From assembly GCA_016194905.1 (NCBI GenBank), contig JACQAP010000005.1, positions 205,114 to 269,113 of the forward strand: a DNA stretch of 64,000 nt. Reading direction: 5' to 3'. The notes under the pieces are model-generated. The model worked only from the letters and a program-made list of their open reading frames with translations. It made no database searches and was not told the origin of the DNA. Position numbers and translations under genes: made by a program. Source of the stretch: Betaproteobacteria bacterium. GTDB taxonomy: Bacteria > Pseudomonadota > Gammaproteobacteria > Burkholderiales > JACQAP01. This document shows positions 44,914 to 52,635 of this stretch, one piece after another; the stretch's first letter is position 1; each line of letters begins with the position of its first letter.

Positions 44914-47868
44914 CTACCCTTGAATTGAAGGCTCCCTTGCGAGCTTCATGCGAAGCAGGTCCATTGCGCCGTTCTTAGCTAACAGAGCGAAGTCAACTCC
45001 CAAGACCTCCCGGGTAAAACGCTGATCGAGTTCTTTACGCACGTCGTCTACATCCATTTCATTTATGGGACGCAACGCTTTATCGCGCATCTGATCAAAA
45101 ATATTAACGGCGGCGGAAAGCTGCTTCGCGTTCAGCTTGGTGACATCAAGGATGACGAAATCTTCAAGCGCCGATTTACCAATGTTTCCTCTGCCCGCTT
45201 GCTGCTTGTTTGCCTGCCACCAATGCAAGAGCAGTCCGAGCGACGTGTTCGCCCATAGCACGAGTGCTTTCTCATGGTCTTCAGACGCCATCTGTATGGA
45301 GGCCCAAGCACGGCCGCCGATACTGCGCCTCGGCGTGAACTGCATCCCTGTGGATTGGCTGTTGAATCGAAAGTTGATGTTGAAGTGACAATGTGAAGCG
45401 GTCGCAGCCACTCGCGGAATTCTTTCTGCCACCAAATCTTCCTCCGCTGGGGTTGCGCCCATGCGAGCAATGCCTTCGCTATCCGCATCAAACGCCATAG
45501 TTCGCTCACGCGCAGCATCGTGTGACCACAATACGGGATAGGTTGGCACCGCCCCTGGAGTTACTGGCGACACCGTGAATGGCCCACGAACACCACCGGA
45601 TGAAGTAGATCCTTCAATATCACTGTGATAGGGGCCGATTTTACCTACGGCCCCAACCGCTGCGATCGGGATGCCCAATGCTTGCGATTTCTGCATGCCC
45701 GGGAGCCAGACTTTCCCATTATTCCGCAACTGAAAAGCACTCTGCGCCAATGATAGATCGGCTACGCGCGACAGGTACCACCCGTCCGTTGCTGAGATGG
45801 GCGCATCCAACACATGGCCAATCACGTCGCTTCCAAACATAATTGCGGCGCCGCCGACTGGCCCATCTTCCAGACGTCTGAGGGCCTTCGTGTCAATTAA
45901 GCGTCTCACCTCGCGCGCGACACCAGCGCCAAGCATTGGAAACGCGGGGCGCTCCTTCAGAACGACAAAGGTAGCCCTATCGCTGGGTGTTCCTGACTTG
46001 CTCCCAACGACTAAGCATTCGCCCATTCCCGTGTCGGCCGAGAAAGACATGTCACCGCTGCCGCCGCCTGTGATGGAAACCAAAACCAAGTCGGTGTAGT
46101 TCTTCACCAAAAGTGCGCGCGACTTCTCCCAAGCCTCGCCAGACATAAGGCTCAGCGGCATTACCAATGCAAGGGTCCCGTTCTTCGTGAGTTTTCGATC
46201 TGCCAGTACAAGGAAGATCGACGCCTCGCCAGCATTGCCGTGCGCGCTGGTGCCATCAGTAAGGCGCTTGGTGGCAGCACCCATCAAGCGTTGTTCTTCC
46301 ACAGTTGAACTGAATGCCGCAAACATCGGATTAGGAACACCGATCTTTGAGCTTTCATGTCCTGTAGCGCGCGTAAATGGGGGATTCATAAAAACCATGT
46401 CGAATGAAGCGTGCGGAAGGTGCGACCAAATCTCCTTTTCCTTTTCGCCCATACCTTCGGCGGCATGGGCGGTGATGGCGAGAATGCCGAATGTTCGTTG
46501 CGGGTCAAGAAGATCCAGCGAACCAAGCGCAATACCGCCGTCCGGTTGCTTGCCATAGGCGACAGTCATGATCGAGCTTTGGGTGTATTTGACTGTCGGA
46601 TGTGCACCGGAAAGCATTGATGCGGTGAGGTGCGCTGCTGCTGGTAGGACATCACATCCGATCAGGCCATGCGCCATCATTTCAGGATGTAGTGCTTCCG
46701 AGTCCCCACCCGCCAACTCGTGCAATTGTCCGATGCGTTGATACGCAGTCGACAATAGGGTGCCCGTGCCACAGGCAAAGTCCGCAACTCGCAGCTTCTG
46801 AACATCCTTTGAGTTGGACCAAGAACCGCCTGACGCCGGTTTATTCGGTGCGATCGCCAATCCCACAAGGAGCGCAGCCGAAGCTGGTGTCGTGTAATAC
46901 GCGGCGAGGAATTTACGGTCGGCGATAAGTCGCTGGAACACTGACCCGGTCAGGTCATGCGACCGCATGAGCTGATTCTTGAGCAAATTGTCAGCCGTAA
47001 CCGCAAGACTCTCTATGATCGCCTTGCTGCTCGCGGCCGGTAGCACCTCAAGGATGCGGCGCGCGATGTCAAAGATGGGCCAATAATTGACCTTAAGAAT
47101 CTTGCGCCACTCAGCCAGGACTGAGGTTTTGGTGAGCGCTCCAGTCGTACCGCGCAGTTCATCTAACGATCTGACGCTGGCAAGTTCACCAGGCCCACCC
47201 GCTAAACTCTCCTGAAAAACGAAGGCATTGGCAAGGATGGTTGCCGCCATGCGACGGGTTTGCTCCGATTCTTCTTGCCGGAGCTCTTCACAAATCTTCT
47301 TGATTGCTCCCGATCCCGGCGGTGCGACTTCGCCAAGGAGACCGGCTACCTCGCTAACACCGCTCACGAGTTGGTCAGCCGCGGCGTCAATTACTTCTGG
47401 TGGAACCGAAGCCGACTGCACAAGTATTGAGACATCCGCCACCGTTCCACGTACCCACCCGGCGTGAGGATAGCGCGTGAAGTTGGATGAATCGCTGCCG
47501 GTGAAAAGCGCCATTTCCAGATCGTCGGCGTTTTCCAGTTCGGAAGCTAACTTCTTGCCAGATTTGGTTCGTAGCCGGAGCGGTAGGCGAATCGCCACTA
47601 CTGAAAGTATCGTGCGGCCCGTATGGCGCAGATGTTTTCCGAGCCTTGCTAGTGCGTCCGCCTCTACAGTTGGAGCAGGTAGTACCTCGGTTTCAACTAC
47701 TACCGGGGAAACGTTTGGTTCGATGACCAATATGTCTGGGCGCTCGCTGGTGCCCTTCAACATTCCTGTATTCTCGGAACTAACCACCTTGTCTGACCGC
47801 CACATTTGACGCTTAGTACGTAAGACTTCCGCGAGAGCGTCGTTGATGGTGTGTTCGGTCACCGGCAT
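44914..47868 (-). CDS. Large fused N6-adenine DNA methyltransferase / putative restriction enzyme (type IIG-like)
   Basis: 984 aa. SAM motif I VADFACGTGTLL and catalytic motif IV MNPPFTRA. The N-terminal ~130 aa carry a PD-(D/E)xK-like string RPDILVIEP..PVVVETEV. Long C-terminal region consistent with a target-recognition domain. Confidence 0.75.
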   Translation of the reverse strand: MPVTEHTINDALAEVLRTKRQMWRSDKVVSSENTGMLKGTSERPDILVIEPNVSPVVVETEVLPAPTVEADALARLGKHLRHTGRTILSVVAIRLPLRLRTKSGKKLASELENADDLEMALFTGSDSSNFTRYPHAGWVRGTVADVSILVQSASVPPEVIDAAADQLVSGVSEVAGLLGEVAPPGSGAIKKICEELRQEESEQTRRMAATILANAFVFQESLAGGPGELASVRSLDELRGTTGALTKTSVLAEWRKILKVNYWPIFDIARRILEVLPAASSKAIIESLAVTADNLLKNQLMRSHDLTGSVFQRLIADRKFLAAYYTTPASAALLVGLAIAPNKPASGGSWSNSKDVQKLRVADFACGTGTLLSTAYQRIGQLHELAGGDSEALHPEMMAHGLIGCDVLPAAAHLTASMLSGAHPTVKYTQSSIMTVAYGKQPDGGIALGSLDLLDPQRTFGILAITAHAAEGMGEKEKEIWSHLPHASFDMVFMNPPFTRATGHESSKIGVPNPMFAAFSSTVEEQRLMGAATKRLTDGTSAHGNAGEASIFLVLADRKLTKNGTLALVMPLSLMSGEAWEKSRALLVKNYTDLVLVSITGGGSGDMSFSADTGMGECLVVGSKSGTPSDRATFVVLKERPAFPMLGAGVAREVRRLIDTKALRRLEDGPVGGAAIMFGSDVIGHVLDAPISATDGWYLSRVADLSLAQSAFQLRNNGKVWLPGMQKSQALGIPIAAVGAVGKIGPYHSDIEGSTSSGGVRGPFTVSPVTPGAVPTYPVLWSHDAARERTMAFDADSEGIARMGATPAEEDLVAERIPRVAATASHCHFNINFRFNSQSTGMQFTPRRSIGGRAWASIQMASEDHEKALVLWANTSLGLLLHWWQANKQQAGRGNIGKSALEDFVILDVTKLNAKQLSAAVNIFDQMRDKALRPINEMDVDDVRKELDQRFTREVLGVDFALLAKNGAMDLLRMKLAREPSIQG

Positions 47869-48141
47869 ACGCGAGATATTACCGGCAACATCACCAGTCG
47901 GGGAAAAATAATGGAGTACAAGACAAACCTTATTGAATTCCTCTCAAAGGAGGAAAACAACCTGCTAACAACCATCGTGAATTGTCGGAGCGACCTTGAC
48001 GCGTTTTCTCGGATTGACGGAATATTTCAAGCGCCATTTGAGCGCATCGACGTAAAAGCAACCGATAACTATAGCCGCATGTTGGTTGGCCTCTGTGCAT
48101 CCTGTGGCTAGGTTAGCGATGGCACTGGGGCGGTGACAGCC

Positions 48142-48714
48142 TCACACCGGGAGCAATGCGTTGGCTGACTTGAACGCGGCCTCGAACATGTCGAGGGTAG
48201 CTGCCAAATACTTGCCCAGAAGTTCAAGCGTAAGCTGTTTTAATGCCTGCCCCTTGATATCGGATGGAAGGTCAAAGCTCTCCACGAGGTTCTTTGCAAG
48301 TGTGGCCTCGACGACTGGAACACTGACATAGAGATAGCAACCATTTGCGCTTTTTGAATAGCTCTTGGAAAGGACAATCTCAGGTTTTGAAAGGACATTG
48401 CTTCCGAACTTTTCTTTTATTGCATTGAGTTCAGCCTCGTCTAGCGCAAAAGTTGCCTCGATAACTTTGGCGTGCATCCGCCGCTTCGTCTCGATGTCCT
48501 GCTGGTAGTTCTCCACTTCAGACCTTGGATAGTCATCTGTTACGTCAAAGTTTCCGTCGCTAGCAACAATGGGATTGAGCCGATACAGGGCTTGCAAGAT
48601 AGCCGTCTTGCCCGCTTCATTCTTACCTACCAGACACGCAACCCGATCCACCTCAAACGGATTCGAGTCCCACACAGACTTGAATTCCCGAACATGAACC
48701 CCGCGCAATTTCAT
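48142..48714 (-). pseudogene. N-terminal fragment of an ABC/OLD-type P-loop ATPase (truncated)
   Basis: 190 aa with Walker A LVGKNEAGKTAILQAL but no Walker B or signature motif. Relatives that I recall are several hundred residues longer. GGGAGG before the ATG. Confidence 0.55.
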
Positions 48715-48825
48715 CTAAACCTCCCGTGCTAGCTCATGCTCATTTGGACGCTAAAGCTACTTTCCAATGAATTGCAATAGTGCATACGTTTCTATGACTT
48801 TACAAAGTTGACATCCACACTCTTG

Positions 48826-50034
48826 TCATGCGCGCCGGCTTGTGCGATGAGCTGTTTCTTCCGACTCTTCAGCAACTTTTCGGAAGGGGTGTGGAATTGA
48901 CTTCTCTGGTTCTTTAGTTGCATTACGCAGGTAATCGGTTACGCTCTTGCGCAATCTAGGGGCCCACTCTGGCTCACGAATATCGTAAATGATTACCCTG
49001 AGATGCCTAAGGTCGAAAGGGACGTCGCCAACCTCGGAAGCTGTGAAGACAACTGGCTTACGTGCCGCATGAGCTAAACCAAGTTCGTAGAAGACATTCG
49101 GATTCTTTCCAGATAGATCTGCTAGCAATAGTTTCGATTTCTCAATCTGCTCCCAAATCTGTTCAACCACACTGCCAGTTGTAAATAGCTCATCGGCGCG
49201 TACCGGTTCGAATCCCGCTTCCTTGATGGCAGGCATATAGATTTCTTGATAATAGCGATCAAACCACGCGCCGAAGGGCATCATTACAAAACAGGTGTCC
49301 AAGAACTCTCGCACGCGAGGCTCCTTGGAAACTATCGGACTCGGTACCTTTTCCGGCGGAGTCGGAGTAATTGCGGTGTCCGCCGAACCGGCTCTTTGGT
49401 CAGACGGCACAGTCGTCGGAGTAAAAGCTCGGAGAAATTTGAGGTTTTCGAGAAAAATTTTGGCGAACTGCTCTACGCGATCACGAGGAATATTAAACTC
49501 TCGAGTAAGTGTATTGAGAAAGAACTCGTCCTCAGGTATGCGCTTACCACTATAGAATTTCTCAACCCCTTCGAAATCCTTCACGTTTCGAAAGACTCGT
49601 AGGAGTGCCTCAGACCGCTGACTGGGCGAACTTGGAGCAACGACATCTTGGCCTAACTGCGAGAGATGAATCGTTCCGGTAGCGCCAGTACCCGTGACTA
49701 AACCATATTGGTTGGCGGAGCGAAGGAGATCGAGAAATCTCCAATCAGACGATTGGCGAAAACCTACGGCGACCGCGATTTCCTGTGCAGGCATTGGATT
49801 ACCCGCGTTCTTCTCCTCGATCGCTTTAGCAAGTGCAATAGCATCTTCAAGACTATTTTTTGGAAAAGTCCAGGGCTTTCCCTTGGCAGTAGTCAACAAC
49901 TCCGCGGCTTTTTTCTGCTTCCCTTTCTTAGCTTTCTTCTTGGTTTTCTTTTTTGGGAGATCAGCCTTTTTCGGGACATCACCCTTTTTTAAGGCATCGG
50001 CCTTTGGCTTGGTTGTTTCCTTATCTTCTGCCAT
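48826..50034 (-). CDS. Lys-rich N-terminal tail + helical (wHTH-like) region + nucleoside 2-deoxyribosyltransferase-like (TIR/SLOG-related Rossmannoid) domain protein
   Basis: 402 aa. N-terminus KKADLPKKKTKKKAKKGKQKK. C-terminus CFVMMPFG...YQEIYMPAIKEAGFEPVRAD...LLLADLSGKNPNVFYELGLAHAARKPVVF matches the pattern I associate with Nuc_deoxyribosyltransferase-like domains. AAGGAG RBS. Confidence 0.6.
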   Translation of the reverse strand: MAEDKETTKPKADALKKGDVPKKADLPKKKTKKKAKKGKQKKAAELLTTAKGKPWTFPKNSLEDAIALAKAIEEKNAGNPMPAQEIAVAVGFRQSSDWRFLDLLRSANQYGLVTGTGATGTIHLSQLGQDVVAPSSPSQRSEALLRVFRNVKDFEGVEKFYSGKRIPEDEFFLNTLTREFNIPRDRVEQFAKIFLENLKFLRAFTPTTVPSDQRAGSADTAITPTPPEKVPSPIVSKEPRVREFLDTCFVMMPFGAWFDRYYQEIYMPAIKEAGFEPVRADELFTTGSVVEQIWEQIEKSKLLLADLSGKNPNVFYELGLAHAARKPVVFTASEVGDVPFDLRHLRVIIYDIREPEWAPRLRKSVTDYLRNATKEPEKSIPHPFRKVAEESEETAHRTSRRA

Positions 50035-50077
50035 TCTCGAACTCCTTTGGGTGACTTTTAGTGCGTCCAGGGTCAGG

Positions 50078-51126
50078 CCTGCATAATTGGATAATCTTCA
50101 TGTATCCTCCGTCCTATGGCTCGCAAACCCCGCCTGCACGTTCCCGGTGGTCTGTATCACGTCATCTTACGCGGCAACGCCGGGCAGGATGTGTTCTTCT
50201 CTGCGGGTGACCGGCGCTTCTTCTATGAATTGCTCGCCGAAGGCGTAGTCCGCTTCGGCTACCGGGTGCACGCCTTCTGCCTGATGAGCAATCATCTCCA
50301 CCTCGCTTTGCAGGTGGGCGATCTTGCACTGTCGGCGGGCATGCAGAACCTGTCGTTTCGCTACACCCGCTATCTCAATACGCGACTCAAGCGGTCAGGA
50401 CATGTATTCCAGGGACGCTTCAAGGCTTTCCTGGTGGATCAGGATCGCTATGGGTTGGCATTGGTGCGCTATCTCCATTTGAATGCGGTGCGCGCGAGAA
50501 TGGTCAGGCAACCCCGTGCCTACGCCTGGAGCAGTCACCGCGCTTACCTCGGCGAAGAGGACTTGCCCTGGCTCACGACGGATTGGGTGCTGGGACAATT
50601 CGGCGAACGGGTCGAGCCGGCCCGGCAGCGCTTTGCCGCCTTTGTCGACGCCGGTGCTCGCGACGGCCATTCGGAGGTGTTCTACGGCGGGCAGGCGGAT
50701 GGCCGGGTGGTCGGGGAGGAAGCTTTCCTGAAGAAGGTGCTGAAGGTGCTCCCCAAGCGAGAAGCGAAGCGCAAAGCCCCATCGCTCAGGCAGATCGTGG
50801 CCTATGTGTGCGACGGTTACGGACTCACGGAAGGGGCGCTCAAGGCGCCGGGCAAGGGCCGGCAAACGGCGCAGGCGCGCGCACTCATCGGCTGGCTTGC
50901 GGTCCGGTTTCGTTCGTGCACGCTTGCAGAAGTCGCCGAGCATTTCTCGCGCTCCCCTTCCACGCTAAGCCATCTTGTCGCCAACCTGGAGAAGCTTTCG
51001 CACAGTTCCGGCCAACCCGCCGATGCGCTGCGAAAACATCTATTCACACTGCAGGTCTGACATCCTTTTACTTTTCTTTCTTTTACTGAGGCCTAGATCT
51101 CACTTCCGTTTATGCAATTATGCAGG
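50078..51126 (+). mobile_element. RAYT unit: Y1 transposase gene bracketed by a 17-bp imperfect inverted repeat
   Basis: cctgcataattgGataa (50078..50094) is the reverse complement of ttatGcaattatgcagg (51110..51126) with 16/17 matching. Confidence 0.55.
50116..51060 (+). CDS. REP-associated tyrosine transposase-like protein (IS200/IS605 Y1 HUH family) with C-terminal DnaA-C-like HTH
   Basis: LYHVILRGN, HUH motif SNHLHLAL, RYLHLNAVRARMV. C-terminal RALIGWLAVRFRSCTLAEVAEHFSRSPSTLSH resembles the DnaA domain IV-like HTH seen in this transposase family. Confidence 0.8.
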   Translation: MARKPRLHVPGGLYHVILRGNAGQDVFFSAGDRRFFYELLAEGVVRFGYRVHAFCLMSNHLHLALQVGDLALSAGMQNLSFRYTRYLNTRLKRSGHVFQGRFKAFLVDQDRYGLALVRYLHLNAVRARMVRQPRAYAWSSHRAYLGEEDLPWLTTDWVLGQFGERVEPARQRFAAFVDAGARDGHSEVFYGGQADGRVVGEEAFLKKVLKVLPKREAKRKAPSLRQIVAYVCDGYGLTEGALKAPGKGRQTAQARALIGWLAVRFRSCTLAEVAEHFSRSPSTLSHLVANLEKLSHSSGQPADALRKHLFTLQV

Positions 51127-51182
51127 TCCATTTACTCTCCGCGTTGGTTCCCCTATCACTTTGCGGATGGTGAACCAGCTTT

Positions 51183-52598
51183 TTAGCGGTGCCCCCTGTC
51201 GTACACCGAAAAGACGTCCGCCACTGGACTGACTCCTGCCTCGCCTTCGACGGTGCAGCGATACACGCCGGCGGGCAACGGGGGTACCTCGGCGCGCAGC
51301 CATCCTTCCTTACTCGGCGGAAATGCGATACGTGCCACTTCGGCGCCAGAATCGGCCTCGACGACCGTCGCATAAAGCGCCGGCGAAGCCGCGGAGTCGG
51401 CCAGAACACGTAACGACACCGACTCGTCATTCCAGTATGCATCCTCCAGGTGCAGTGCGACCTTGACCGGGCCAGCCGATATCGCCCGGTATTGCCACGA
51501 CGACAGATCGAGATCGAGCGCCGTGATCGCATCGCACACGTGGTGCTGGACGGCGGAGGCGTTCTGCAACGAGGCATGGCAGGTCGAGACATAGGCCTCG
51601 CGGCCCGCATTGGATAGCTCGACCGGCGTAGCGGAGATTCGCGGCACCGTGCCGTCGCCTCCGAGGTCGTGCCCCGCATGCTCGCTGGCGAACTCGATGT
51701 TTTCGCCACCGGTCATGCGCGCCGATTGGAGCGTTTCCTGATGCGTCCCGACCACCGGAATTACGCGATAACGCCCACGGCGATAGATGTCGTCGTCGAG
51801 ATGACGATCGATGGCCTGTCGGATTTCGGCGTGGAAATCGCGGGCGCCGAGCACCTTCCCGGCTTCGACATGGGCGATCGCGGGGCCATCGCTCAGATGT
51901 ACGAGTTGACCGTCGACTGTCTGCAGACAGGGATAGGTGGGCAGCAATTGATAGACTGAGGGGAGCGAGCGCACAAACGCCGACAGATCGACAATGCCGA
52001 AAGGTCCCTTGCGGATGCCCTCGACCAGCGTGCGCAGCGCATTGACCGAGCCGCGAAAGGGCGTGCCGAAGGTGACGAGCGCCTTTGCATCCGGCCAGCC
52101 CTCAAGCGCTTCGAGGAAGTAGCGGGCAACGAGCCCGCCCATCGAATGCGCAACGATGATGAGCTTCGCCCCGTTGTTACCGGAAGATTCGCGCCAGCGT
52201 CGGAGCCACTCCCGGCTCACGCGCTGGAGCTGCTTCGCCGCGACGCGGTTATCACGCCGCCAATCGTACGGGAACTCGAAGTAGTTGACACCGTGCTCGA
52301 CATCGAAGGTGCGACGGAGCGACTCGGTCAAGCTCGAGTACCCGTCGATCTTCCACAGATACGGGATCAGGTGGAGATCGGGCAGGATGCGTGTGGCTTC
52401 GACATCGTCGACGCGCTGTTCTGGGTCGGACGAATCCGCGGTGAGACGGAGCGCGCCGATGCTGTCACCGAGCGTGGTCAAGGCGTGCAATCCCGCGCCG
52501 GCAGAAAATCCCCACGCGTCACGGCCCTGCCGCTTCAATTCGCTGCCGAGGATCCCGGGTATCACCACCAGCACATCGGGCATCGGCTTTCGGATCAT
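51183..52598 (-). CDS. LCAT/PGAP1-like alpha/beta hydrolase (putative lipase/esterase) with C-terminal beta-rich domain
   Basis: 471 aa. N-terminal VVIPGILGSEL, YDWRRD, nucleophile elbow IVAHSMGGLVARYF. 38 nt downstream of the cyclase-caspase gene on the same strand. Confidence 0.7.
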   Translation of the reverse strand: MIRKPMPDVLVVIPGILGSELKRQGRDAWGFSAGAGLHALTTLGDSIGALRLTADSSDPEQRVDDVEATRILPDLHLIPYLWKIDGYSSLTESLRRTFDVEHGVNYFEFPYDWRRDNRVAAKQLQRVSREWLRRWRESSGNNGAKLIIVAHSMGGLVARYFLEALEGWPDAKALVTFGTPFRGSVNALRTLVEGIRKGPFGIVDLSAFVRSLPSVYQLLPTYPCLQTVDGQLVHLSDGPAIAHVEAGKVLGARDFHAEIRQAIDRHLDDDIYRRGRYRVIPVVGTHQETLQSARMTGGENIEFASEHAGHDLGGDGTVPRISATPVELSNAGREAYVSTCHASLQNASAVQHHVCDAITALDLDLSSWQYRAISAGPVKVALHLEDAYWNDESVSLRVLADSAASPALYATVVEADSGAEVARIAFPPSKEGWLRAEVPPLPAGVYRCTVEGEAGVSPVADVFSVYDRGHR

Positions 52599-52635
52599 CG
52601 GGACAGCCGCGCCAGCGTGAATGGAGATCGCGCGC

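Noticed and set aside
47851-48111. 86-aa plus-strand ORF (or the 66-aa version from MEYKTNL) in the gap between the methyltransferase and the ATPase fragment.
   Set aside because: No motif, a weak RBS, and it occupies what is probably deletion scar DNA. It cannot be supported as a gene from sequence alone.
50078-51126. The RAYT as the mobilising enzyme of the five palindromic elements at 2-14 kb.
   Set aside because: The inverted repeat flanking the RAYT (cctgcataattg) has no similarity to the arms or termini of those elements.
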